This document shows positions 1 to 12,999 of a stretch of 64,000 nt of DNA, piece after piece. The notes beneath the pieces were generated by a model. It worked only from the letters and a program-made list of their open reading frames with translations, did no database searches and had not been told where the DNA came from. The translations under genes and the position numbers were made by a program. Origin of the DNA: Thalia democratica (taxonomy: Eukaryota); NCBI GenBank assembly GCA_965202585.1, contig OZ241832.1, positions 6,076,001-6,140,000 on the forward strand, given 5' to 3'. Within the stretch, counting starts at the first letter, position 1, and each line of letters starts with the position of its first letter.

Positions 1-957
1 CTTTAAAATTTTTGATATCTAGCATTTAAACACGTTTGTATTGTTTTTATACATAAGTTGTCCTCTTATATATATTCCATTTCGATAAAAGAACTTTTCA
101 TACTTATTATCGCTTTAAATTTAGTTATAGTTTTAAAAAAATAGGTATTTATTGAAGAGATTCTTAACAGATAAAACTAACTTTCACTACTTGGTAGTAT
201 TATTTTGTTTTAATTGTCAACAGTTAGAGTTAAACATACGTTTTAAAAAAATTAAATTTGTCACAATACATTTGTTTTATACATAAATTATTCTTACTTT
301 ATTTTCTTCTACTTCATTGCAAAATAAATAGTAAATAAAAAGTCAGATATTATACACTAACATTATAAACGTTAACATTTTCAAAATAAATTGGCTTGCT
401 AAAACTAAAAGCATAAAAGTTAGTAAAAAAAACTAAATAATTTTAATTGAATCTTAAATTGGCTACTTATTTTGAGTTTGTTTACGCATTAAAACAAACG
501 TTGTTACATTTTTTTATGCAAGCTTTGATTACAGATACTACACTTAACTAGTTCACTATAACCGTTTATTTTAAAGTAGACTTGTTTTAAACTTGTTTTT
601 TGTTTTAACGGCACCCATTTGAAACGAAACCGAAAATATAACCGTTTGAACAGGAAAATCATTAAGTCTAGTTAAATTTTAACACATACCTCTTGTATTT
701 AAGCGGGACATTTTTATAAAAAAAATCTTAAATAGTTTACCGATAGATTTCTTTAGCTTTAAATGTAAAACAAACCACTCTTAAGAAGTAATTTCAAATA
801 GATCCTTTAGTTGTTATAGATTTAGCTCAATTAAATAATGATAAAAAAATTGTTTGTATATACGTAAAGGTTAATGTACAACAACAATTTAAGTTTTCAT
901 CTTTGCTTTAAGTTTAAGATAATTTAAATGGTCTCTAGGCTTAAAGATTTAACAGCT

Positions 958-1335
958 AAACTTAGTTTTTAGAAAATAAAAATATTTTATAACATAACTT
1001 ATGATATCATAGAAAAAACAACCATAGCAATTTTGACTAAAGCTTAAATTATTAATTTAAAATATTCTAAGTAGTTATTTATATATTATTAACTTGTTAA
1101 TACATTTTTATTTTGTTTAAATTATTTTGTCTAAACATTATGATTTTAAGGTGATAAAAAGTTATAAAAGGTTATAATTCTAAATAGTATAATAAAAAGT
1201 ATTTAACCATATTTTAAATCTAACATTTAGTTATTTTATTTTTAATAATTAAAATATAAAATAAAACCTTTGCTTTGGTCTAAACTAGGGTTGTCCAATC
1301 CTTTTAAAAAAAAAGCCCCCTTAAAAGAAATTTTA
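958..1335. repeat. Remnant of a still more diverged copy of the unit
   Basis: aaacttagtttttagaaaataaaaatattttataacataacttatgata...aagcttaaatt (958-1,050) aligns by eye to aaacttagtttctagaaaaaaaacaatattttataacttaacttttgata...aagcttaagtt (40,126-40,220). Similarity continues to ~1,335/40,490. Confidence 0.75.
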
Positions 1336-4300
1336 AAAATTACAACCTTTAAAAATTTTACTCAAAAAACTACCACTAAAAACACGCAAAACCTTCTTTT
1401 TTTGTTGTTCATTTGCAACTTCAGAATATCTAATATTATTTTAAAATTTTGATCTCATAGAACACCTTGTGGCTCCTTTACTGCTCATGCCCGATAAGGG
1501 CCACTTGGCCAACTTTGGGAAACTCTTGTCTAAATTGAATTTTGTACCATTTCTTAAAGTCAAAAAGTATATTTTGTTTATTTTTTAGTATTCTATTTGT
1601 AACATAAAAAATATATACTTGAATATAAGTTAGTAATTACGAAATTATTATTTTATTAACAAATATTTAAATAAGTTTTTAATTTTAATAAGCAGAAAAA
1701 TTGTAAATTTTAAGTTAATCTTAAGACTTTTTTTTTCTTTTTATTAGTTTTCATTAGAAAACTTAGCAGCATGTTTCACACTTGTCATATTTATTCTAAA
1801 TGTGTAAAAGTATCTTTAAAAAAATTAAGTATAGTTAGAAAAAAAATTACATTTTTCTCCACATTAAACCATAAATAACGTTATGTTTATTGTGAGTTTG
1901 ACTAGTGTAATTTTGTTACTACTACAACTGATTATTTAATTAATAATATTTCCAAGTATCTAGTTTTTAATACAAGATGCAAGTTAAAAAAGCAGATCTG
2001 ATTGTAAGTACAGGCTAGCCACTAGGTTTTAAGAATTTCTTTAAACTTTCGAAAGTTTACATTTTTGGTCCGTTTTAAAATTAAGTTTAAGCATAAATTA
2101 AGTACCTTTGCACGGCTTCTTTTCCTATAAAGACGTTGTAGACATTTTTCCGAGGGTTTACTTTATTTTTTTTTTATCACTTATTTTTCAACTATGACTG
2201 TTAAGCCTAGTACTTATTTTTGTTATTTTATTAAAATTTTAACTTCGAACGTTTTTATTTGAAAAATAAAGCGTTAAAGAGGCGAACAAAATGTTTTTTG
2301 TTTCTTAAAGGAAACTTACATTTTAATTATCTAACATTTTTTTCAACAAAACAAATACAAAAAAAAATGTTTCTTGATTTTTTCATATAATTTTTTAATA
2401 TCTACAGCGGTAAAATACAGTCATAAATAAATAATCTTTTAGATAATCCATTTTTAAACCCTATAAATAAAAATCTCAATTTACTTGTAAGTTATTAGAA
2501 ATTTTAATGTTTATATTTTGATAAGTGATTCTAATATTTGCTGGCAAAAGGCGTCACAATTTTATTTATTTTACTAAGAAGTGAATAAGTTTAATGTTAA
2601 CTTTTTAAAGTTGTTACTATTTATTGTATACTTTTTTAAAACTCATGTTAACTGTTGCTACTTAGTGTTTGTAGTATTGTTAGTTGTGCGCAGCAAATTT
2701 TATAATTTACTAGTATATTTTAATAACAAATTATAAAACTATTTGAAAAATTTTAAGTAAGAACTTAAAATTGAAAATTTATACTTATGAAGTCAAAGAA
2801 GCTGTTTTCTGTTTACTTCTGAACATCTACCAAGCACTTTGTCCGCTGAAAATATGTCATTTCGTTCGTCTAGTTCTTGAATACAAATAAAAACTTATAC
2901 AACTTTATTTTTGAAATGAACGTTTGCGACTACAATAGATTTAGTTTATCGGTTGGTTTAATTAAACTCATTGTTCTTTATAGATAATGCATAAATTATT
3001 TTTTAAAATATTTGTCCAAAAATATAGATTGTTGTGAAGTATAGATAACATAAAATACATTTTTTAAATTTTGCGGTTATAAGACATTCTATTTTCAGCA
3101 AACTAATTATTTACAAAGCTAACATAATAACTAAAGTTTTGTAAACAAAGACTTTTTAAACTGCAAAATAAAAAAGTAAAAGATTAAACAGAAGTAAGGT
3201 AACTTATAATTTAATTGGTGTATTTTATATTAAACTAAAAGTTTTCATCTGATGCGTTACAAAATTTGTTGATGAGTTTGTGTTAAGTAACTACAATACT
3301 GATAAAAATTCAAGTTAATAAATTAAGCAACAATTAAAGTTTTTCTTAAACGATGTCAACACGATACTCAACTGTTTTTTTTTTGTAGATAGTTTAGGTT
3401 ATAAGCCTAAGGAAGATAAAGAGCAGTACAAGCTACATCTAAATTACTACTGTAAAAAATAAAGTAGCATAGTAGTGTAGTTTAATTAAACCGTAAACGC
3501 TAAGCAAACTAAATAATATATTTAAGTCTTTTACGACTCGATTACAGAAAGGTTCTATCGTACACTAGCTTCTTGCATCAATTATTTTTTTTGTTCAACA
3601 AATAACTTATTTACAGCCGAATGACTACGACTCTGTTTATGATGACTAACCACCAAACTGTGACCAAAGAAACTTCTTAAGTAAAGCTGTTGAAATTTTT
3701 TTGTTGAAAGCGTTGTTGTCAGATTTTAATCAGAATAAAGCCAAATGTATTTAAAACACGTTTCAATTTTTTGTAATCTAGCAACTTTACTTAACACTAC
3801 TTGTTATTTTTCTAACTGATGTTTTGGTCAAATTGCTGTATATGGTTTGTAGCACAGTTGCCAGGCTGGATATCAAGGTTTTTTACAGATGATGATTTAC
3901 AGTTTTTCAATTTAAACTTTTACTAGTGATGCTAATACTATCAATAAAATTATCAGTGTTTTAATTATTACGTCACTTTACTTAAAACTTCGATGTTTTC
4001 AAAATTTTGTAGAGTAAAAGTGGACTGGACAGAAAAACTTTGATTTTTGTATTTATTTAAAAAATTGCTTGAAAAATGGGTGAATTTTACATTTAGAATG
4101 ACAAATCAAAATAACTGTTTTATAAGCACTGAAGTTAAAATTTCGAGCAAGTTTTAAAAAATTAGTATGTAATCGAAAATTTAGATGAAAAGTTATGGTC
4201 GAAACAAATACAAAACATTGTAAAAGATATATCAAATATATGCAATATGAACTGTAAGTAGTAATCAAAAACTAATAGAGATACTACATGTGTTTGAAAG

Positions 4301-7300
4301 ATGTGAAAAAGTGACAGTTTACATAAATTCAACGGTTAAACTAAATTTTTAAGGTACTCAGCTGATGCAAGTAATTTAATTCAGCTTTGAAACAAAAACA
4401 AAGTAAAATCTAAGGGCTAGAAAAGTCTTAAGTTGGTATGTTTGAACTTGCTTTAAACAAGAAACTAATTCTAAGTGTTTTTAATTACACAAAATAAAAT
4501 CTTACAGTGTTTTAGACATAGAATTTGAACAGGCGACGATACAGCGAACAACCAAGATTAATTCAAGGAAACATAAAACAACAACGTCACACTGAATTAG
4601 TTCCATATAATTGTTGAACTTGATTTAGAGCATGATAGCCGGATTATTTACTACAAATATGTATAACTTGTAGTCAACATCCAGCAAATAATACTAAAAA
4701 CCACGGTACAAAAATACGAAACTTTTTTCAAAAATTCTTCCAGGTTTTTTAAGAACTTTTGCTCTTTTTCAGCACAAAATAAAATTTAAGCTGAAAATTT
4801 GTTTTAATTAGTAAAACAACGAACTATTACGAAAATTAAAATATATTTTTTGAATGATATACAATTTTTTCTATATGAATCGTATTCAATAGAATTTTCA
4901 ATACTTAACATAAAAAAAATCTTATTTCTTTTTAAAATTTCAGATTTTTACAGATTTTTAAATGTTTTTAGTTCAAAATTCTAGGTTTTTTGACAGTTTT
5001 TCAACCCAAATCGTTTAATTCCAGGTGTTTTCAACCCTGTTTATATACTACTTTGGTACTTTATAAAGATTTTTGCTTATTATATAACTGTGGTAATTAA
5101 CTGTACTAGTAACTTACGAAGTTACTTTACAGAAATTAAACTACTAAAAAACTTTAGAAAGAAAATAAATGAATCGATGGTTTATCACAGAGAAGCTGGA
5201 CTGAATAAGTCATAAAGACTTTAAATAGGAAGTATATTTGAACAGTGTTACTTACTTGAAGGTAAAATAAGTATTGTTTGAGACTTGAAGTTGAACTAAT
5301 CATACAAACCAACACAACAAGATGATGATTGACAATAAAATACTAATAAAGAATGTAGTGGGCTAGAAGTAGAACTAACTTACGAAGCAACAAAATAGAA
5401 ATTTAATATCGTTTTAGACTTATAAACAAAGGCTAGTAATTTTAAAAAAACAATAGAGAATATTTTTCAAACAAACTTTTAATTAATTAAAAATAATGAG
5501 CTTTAAACTAAAATACAAAATTGGATCTACTTTCAATATTGTTGGAATAAGGTATGTTTGAATACGAATATGACATAATTCACAACTATTTTTCCCACAG
5601 TTTTGTTCTACTCTAAACCAATACCTTTTAAAAAATAAGTTATTTGAAATATTAAAGTTATTATCAAAAATAACTAAAGTTAACAAACTCAAAATAAGAA
5701 TTAATTGGCGTAACGGTGTTTGATACAATTAATTGAAAGTACAGAGCTTTCAACCGTTGAAACATTGTTTTTATTGTCAAATAAATCCATGTGGTTGCTT
5801 ATAACTGACTTTTAAAAACAAACCGTCTACAAGATATTTGGCATTTATGAGACAGTGTTAAACACCATAAAATACTTTAACTATTTTAATTACAATAGAT
5901 ATTGAAAAACTAAACTACAATGCAAAACTTTTGTGTTACTTATAGAACAATACCATGGTTGTCTACTATAAAACTTAACCATTCATATTAAAACACCAAG
6001 GATATGTACTATAAAACATTAAGCTTTACTTTTAGTTTAAACTTGTCTGTTAAAACAAATAATAAAACTATGTTTAGTATTTAGTTAGCTATGGGCTGTT
6101 AGTAGAATTAAGTACGAAACAGCGTTAACTCTCAATAACAAACGCTATTAGTTCAAGTTGAACAAAAGTTTAAATATTGTCAGTCATAAGAAATCATAAA
6201 AATATCTATAAACATGAAAAGTGATACAATTAAATGTCGATAAGAGTGAAACATATATTTTAGTTAACCCTAGAGTTTTATTCACTTATAAATCAATAAT
6301 TATCCTACCTTTAACGACCCTATAAGAATTTCTAAGTATACAAAATACATTTTAAATATAAGTAAATATAATTATAATCAGTCTTTACTTAACCTTGGGC
6401 AAGATTTAGAACTAAATTACGAAACAAAAAACATAACATAACAACAAACAAGACTTATACACAAACAATATCAATTAAAGAGAAACCGTAGATTCATTTA
6501 AAATAAACCTTGAAATAATTTTACTGAAACAACAACAATTTTTAATTAAAAATATAAAACTGGATCTTGTTAAGGTAAAATAAATCATGAGTAAAACATA
6601 CTTTTCAATGCGGGAACAACTTTTAAACCAAAATTTATCGAAGTATATTTAATGTAGTAAGTATAATTAGACTTACAAATAGTCATTAGAATAAGTTCAT
6701 AAGAAACCATAGAAACATTTTTTGCCACAAACTTTAAAAAAATGTACAGTAACATCAATGAAACATTAACTAAAATATGATCTGATTTTGATTGGAAATA
6801 AATAAATCGTTTTTGAACTAATTCCAGGTTTTATTAAGCTCCATTGAGTTTTATACTGGTGATAAAGAGAAGAAGTATGAATGTTAAGATAGTAGTTTAA
6901 GAAAAGATGGGAAACAAAACATAACATTTAGTTAACTGTTTTAGTTATGGAAACATATATGAAGCTTTGAGGCATTGTTAAACCAAACAGCTTAGATTTT
7001 ATAAGATTCAAAATGTAATACTTATTCTTAATGTTTTTCAACATTATTGACATATTTGCCAAAAGTACAACTTAGACAAGACCATTACGTAAGATAGCCA
7101 AAAAAAACTAAGCTTTAAATGGAGTTATAAAAATTACTATAAACAATAACTAAACGAGACTTAGAATGATTTTTGAACTGGGCTAAAACTGTTTGATTGT
7201 AACAAAAACATAAGTTAAGCTAGCTATTGTTAATTTTTTTAATTTAGAGGCACATTTAATGTTTGGGTGTAGAAGACCTAATAAACTTTAAATGACGTGA

Positions 7301-9544
7301 AACTAAGACTAAAAATATCACAAAGCTTTTATATCGGAAGTATATTCGAACTGTAATTATTATCTTTAAGTTTAAGTTGAATAAATGTTGTTTAAAGAAT
7401 AAAATTGAAAACAAACAAATAAATTAACGCAACAAGATGATAATTAATGATAAAATACTTAGAACTTATTTTTTTCAATCAGTATACTTTGAAAATGATA
7501 GGAGAATTTAAGATTTAATAGAAACCATAGTTTAAAGAAATTTTTAATTAATGTTACAGTAATACGAACAAATAAATGAACTACCAACTAAAAATACGAA
7601 ATTAGATATAATTTTAATCTTGTTGAGAATAAGTATGTTTAATCACGAATAACACATAATTCTTAAAACTCTATTCTAAACCAATATTATTTTTAAATAA
7701 ATTGCACCATTTGAAGTGATAGAACAACGTATTGACAAATTAGGGCAAATTTACGAACCAGAGTTGCCATAATACTATTGTTTCTATGCCAGTTGAACGC
7801 TGAACACTTATTAAACGTTGGTTTATTTAAAACTAAAACCTCTAGTAAATAATTTGTAAGGCAAGCAATTGGTTTAAACAAGTATGTTGCAAACAATTAA
7901 AAGTCAGATGCAGGGAACTCAATTGAATTTTATATTGGAAGTAAACTAATTTTTTAGTAAAATTAGATGTAGAGTGAGTAGTCTAAGTAGATTTGGTAAT
8001 TTAAAGTAGGATTATTTGTAGAATGATTTAAGTTAAGAAGTAAAATTAAAGGAAAAAAAAAATCGTAAACATCTGCTTCACTTAAATTAAATATAAACAC
8101 ATGCAAAAATCAAAACAACCAAATAGTTCTAGCTCATTAATAAAAAACATAAGTTAGTGTAATAAATTACGAACAACAATGCAAAAACTAACAAAAAGCT
8201 AGAAGCTTTTTATCCATACATCTGGACACTTTAAACTAAAGTATCTAAAAATTTTGAGAAAGTTAGCGTACTAAAAGAGACTTCAAGATGACGTAACATT
8301 AGTGGGTACTAAGACTAAGTAAAGCTCAACTAAAATACCTAAATTTAATGGACAAAAAAATATGTTTCGTTACTATAACAATGCATACAACTTTATGTGG
8401 ACAAACTAAGACGTTTGTTATGAGAAATTTGAACTTAATTGGTAGTTAAGTGGAAACTTGTTTTAATAAGCCTTAACATTATTTTACAGTAACAACAGCA
8501 AAAAATGAAGTGTCTAACTTAATTAAAATTATTAATAATATTAAAGTATAATAACGAACTTGACTTCTAAACAAACTTTAGAATAAATTAAACCGTAAAT
8601 AAATTCAAATAGATAAAACCATAATGGCACAACATAAATTCAGCTGAAAAAAAACTCTAAACAAAATCTTTAAATAAGCCTGTAAGTGGGATGTATAATT
8701 CATGTGTAATTATTACTTGAAAGAAACAGTTCAATCTTTTAGATTTATAGATAATTATATGTTGTTTATGACATAAAACTAGAAATAATCATATAAACCA
8801 GCACAGAATGGTTAAGTTAATTAAGTTAATGATTAAGTAGTTAGAATTAATTGTAATTTTGACATTAGTTTAATTTGAACGCAGGAATAAAGTATAAAAA
8901 GAGTTAATTGCCATATACATATGTATTATTTAATTGCACCTTATCCAATATTTATTATGATCTTATGATAACATTACATTTTCGATGTTCCTTACGTACT
9001 TCAGACAAAATACACTACTTACCTGAAAAAAATTCTACCAAAATTAACCTTTTAAAACGACTTAAAAGTTTAATAAAAAGTGAGAATAGTAGTAGTAAAC
9101 TAATTAGAGAAATAGTACTAAAAAGTAAATCTACAGTTTTCAGACATGTTTACCCTTGTGTTTACATAGATTAAATCAGTAGGAAAATATAAAATATTTA
9201 AATTAAATGTACACGCATTACAACCATACGAATTTGAGGATACTAAATGCTTATAAGCAAAAATATCATTTAGACAAGACAATTATGTATGATATGCTCA
9301 TTCTTGTATACAAAAAACTTTGCTTAATCGTACTACAAAAACTATTTTAAAAATAATAAACAAGACCTCAAAAATAAAACAGTTACTTAATTGGCGTAAC
9401 TGTGTTCGGTTTAATTAGATTTAAGCTGGTAACCAGTTTATCAATTCGCCATTTTTTAGTTTAGCTAAAGACAGTTTTATAGTGTTAATATATACACAGT
9501 TGTCACATATCTAGTTGAAAAAATTCTAATGATAATTATAATCA

Positions 9545-9681
9545 TGACGACAAAAAATATTTATACATTTGATAGACCATTCGCGTCGAGTCAAGATTTT
9601 ACTACTTAACATATTGAAGTTGTTTAAAATTCTTTTTTTTTTTCAAAATTTCACAACTTTCAGGCTTTTTTGGCAACCCTG
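9545..9681. mobile_element. Right half of the same MITE (left TIR missing) in the older unit copy
   Basis: tggcaaccctg at 9,671-9,681, with upstream sequence matching 29,480-29,612. About 0.5 kb, including the left TIR, is absent. Confidence 0.6.
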
Positions 9682-12068
9682 AATCTAAATTTTACAATAA
9701 ACATAAAAAGTAGTTATTAGTGTCAATAAAGTATTGTGTACTTTTCACTTTATAGATCACAATGAAATTTTTTGACAAGATATTAAGGAGAATAATCAAT
9801 TAAATAATTTAAATTTCATTAACAAAGCAATGTTTCACCCGTTTAAACTAAATCAAACAAGCGATAAAATATTACTAATTGATTACCATGTACGCTTAAA
9901 TACAAGAATTTTATTAAAAAAACACGTTATCTATTACTTATTATGCATATGTAAGTGGTCCCTGCAAGCATAAACAACCAGTAAATAACAAACAAGACAA
10001 CTACAACATACTAAAACACAAAAAAAAAAAGCATTAAGCAACTTGTGTAAATGAACTAATACTTTAGAATATACACAAATGTTGATCAACTGAATCTCGG
10101 AAGTGTGAAGTACAAGTAAACAAAGTTTGTTTGTTAGATCTAATTAAAGGATGAGTAAGAAGTTTTACATAAAACAAAACTAGTAAAGCTTGATGTTATT
10201 CATCTATTTGCTTAAAATATAACTTGCATGCATTTTACATAAGTAGCAACAACCTAATAAATTATAAAAAAAGAGACTACCTCATTATGCATATATATGC
10301 AGAAATGTAAAATAAATACTTATTGTCTACTATTTTTTTATACATATAAGTGTTAGTAATGTCTGTGTTAAATATCATACAAACTGCTTTACTTTGCCAA
10401 TAAAATATTAAAATGACAGAAATATTATTTGAAACTTACTATGTATATACTTTATTAGTAGTAGGCAATAAAAAGTTTATACTAAATAAGACTTTTTAAT
10501 GATGATCAGAATTAACTTAAATTTAAACTGAATTAGAGAACTAAAAACTGAGAATACAATCAATCAGATAAATTATTTTCTAAAACACAAATACAAACAC
10601 ATAGCTTGTTAAAATATGGTCAAACTCGACTAGTTCAAGAGACATCATGGAAAAGTTTTTTTAAACAAACTGTTAAAACTTTAAGCGTCTAAATAAAAGG
10701 TGTCTTAAATGAAGAAAAGTGAGTGATATATAAACAAAAGAGTAAAAATACAATACTACCTATAAAACATAAGACCTATACGATTTTACTTAAAGTTTTA
10801 ACTTTGTAAATCATGTTACCAGTTGACTGAAGGCTACAACATATATATTCAAAAATATATATGATAATTATTATTATAAAATATATATTAATTTTTGAAT
10901 AGATTAAATGCTTAGAAATACATATGCTTTGATGTTCGATGATGGTCGAAGTTGACTGAAATTACCGTACATTGGATATAGTTCTATTTTATTTGAGAGA
11001 AATATAAAACAAGTTATAAGTTAAATATACTTTTTACTTAGCTGAGAGAGTATCACTTAAAATATGCTTAATTTAATAACAGTAAAAGCTTATATGTTCT
11101 ACTTTAAGGACAAAACTTTTAGGTAAAACATTTTCGTCCACTTCTAAACCAATACTTGTCTAATGAAAACGACTTCAAGCCAAATTTTACAAGCAAAAAA
11201 AAAGAATTGTAATTAAACTACGGTAACATGAACATATTTTAACTTTTAAATTTAAAATAGTCGTAGAAATAAGAACACCAGTTAAGTATAAACTAAAAAA
11301 TCTTAGCTTAGCAGATTACAATTTAAATATAAGTTCACTTTGTGCATGTTTATTGTAATGTATAATGAATGTTAGCACAACTGTGTTTGTATAGCTCATT
11401 AGTAAGAGCAATCTATTCAACAAATTGGTTAGTACTTAGGTCGGAGAGCAAGTGTAATCCTGAAACTAACGTTATTGTAAAATTAAGTAAGTATTTTTAC
11501 CAATAGGATGTAGCTTAAGTTTAAGGCTTTTACTTACTTTAAACGGGTTGTGTGAACGGACTAATACTTTAGAAAGAAGAATATACACAAAGGTTGATCA
11601 ACGGAATCTCGGAAGTGTAAAGAACAAGAAGTTATTTACTTTAAAAGATAGTTTATAAATATAACTTGCATGTATTTTACATAAGTAGCACAAACCTAAT
11701 AAATTATTCAAAAAAAAGAGACTACCTCATTATGACGCAACAATATGGTAAAGAAAAAAAAAATAAAATTTAAGGGTTTAATGTAGAAAAATAGCAGAAA
11801 AGGAAAAGTTCGTATAATGGATGCAAATGATTTTTTAATTTCCCTAACTTTATGTGGACAAATTAAGAAGAAAATGTTTAATGTATAAGTAGCATAAATT
11901 AAAAACAAGTGGCTCATGAGTATTTTAAATCTGTTATCTTTCATACAACTTGATAGTTTAATAAGTCTGTTATATGTTTTCGTTAAGTGAAAATTAAATT
12001 CAGTCATGTACTAGTCATGACTTAAAGGTACTAGCACATTTTCTCGTACATCCAAGTCATAACTAAAA

Positions 12069-12216
12069 TAGGTGCCGACCAGCAGAGTAACCGGGCCTAA
12101 AGGACAAGAATTAAAAAAAAACTAAGGGCAGGCCGGGAGATGACAGGTGCGAAGCACCGTGTCATCGACCGGCCGTAGCCCTTCGATGTTTTTTTTTAAT
12201 TCTTGTCCGCTACCTA
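12069..12216 (+). other. Long fold-back hairpin with a GCGAAGC apex
   Basis: ggacaagaattaaaaaaaaac (from 12,102) pairs with gtttttttttaattcttgtcc (to 12,208). Inner stems are aagggc/gccctt, ggccgg/ccggcc, gatgaca/tgtcatc and ggtgc-gaa-gcacc. An outer closure taggtgc/gc(t)accta is possible. Confidence 0.85.
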
Positions 12217-12495
12217 AAACTTACCAATCAAACTCATCAATGTAAAACCACTCAGTCAATAATTAAGAAACTATCAACCGATATTACCGTCAGGCCTTTA
12301 ATGGTTAAACACTAATAAGTTAGATCATATAAGCTCAAGGTTGTTTAAAAGATAACAGATAAAGACCGTACAAATATAACGCAAAAACGTACATTTGTTT
12401 GGCAGTTACGCTACTCACGGTCCATTTGACAGAAAAAGGTGGCCTCCAAGAAAAAAGGCCGCGAAGAAAAAGAGAGAAGGAAAAAGTGAAAATTT

Positions 12496-12518
12496 TTTCG
12501 CCGGCGGAGCCGGCGAAA
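12496..12518 (+). other. Perfect 10-bp GC hairpin tttcgccggc-gga-gccggcgaaa (GCGGAGC loop); copies at 34,916-34,938 and 58,659-58,681
   Basis: Read directly from the sequence and unchanged in all three copies. Confidence 0.9.
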
Positions 12519-12620
12519 TGCCTCAAAAAAAATATTTTAAATAATCTACATCAAAAACTTCCCACCCATTTTTCACATTAGGGGAATCCCCAATTTGAAA
12601 AAAATGGGTGACAGGGCTTT

Positions 12621-12815
12621 AAAAATTAGTGCGTACCTTACGCCGATGCGTATTTCTTAAAAATTACCTTCACTCGTAACTGGGAATGTAAATTAAAACA
12701 ATTAGTGCGTACCTTACGCGGATGCGTACTTTTTAAAAATTACCTTTATTTGTAACAGGAAATGTGTATTTAAAAATTTAGTGCGTACCTTACGCCGATG
12801 CGTACCTTATGCGCT
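12621..12815 (+). repeat. ~76-bp direct repeats (x2.5-3) with core tagtgcgtaccttacgc(c/g)gatgcgta, preceded by cagggcttt
   Basis: Cores at 12,627, 12,703 and 12,779. Each core contains the small inverted repeat tacgc-NGAT-gcgta. Confidence 0.9.
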
Positions 12816-12999
12816 TAATATGGTTTAGATTGAAATGAAATTGGTTCAGCCATCAACCTCGTTAGTCACCTATTGTTTTACATATACACAGAAAACAGTT
12901 CATAGATCTAAGTGATGTACTTCTTAATGACAGAAAATGAACCAAATAAAATGATTACTATCAAATACAGGTTCTTTAAATGTTTACATGGACAAATCT

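Noticed and set aside
1445-1535. Possible hAT/Charlie-like MITE end (minus strand tagacaagagtttcccaaagt)
   Set aside because: Only a single degenerate end with no partner TIR.
12069-12216. Long hairpin as an HDV-like, twister or pistol ribozyme, or a known ncRNA
   Set aside because: I tried both strands. No consistent HDV double pseudoknot was found (the L3 would be ~17 nt and there is no P1 partner), and there is no twister T1/T2 pairing or pistol core. Kept only as a structural feature.
12399-12581. ORF-track peptides across the cassette (12335-12526, 12399-12581)
   Set aside because: They are short, their composition is dictated by hairpins and purine runs, and frames change with homopolymer length between copies.
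12621-12815. CRISPR-like array
   Set aside because: The inter-core segments are homologous to each other rather than unique spacers, the context is eukaryotic and no cas genes are present.
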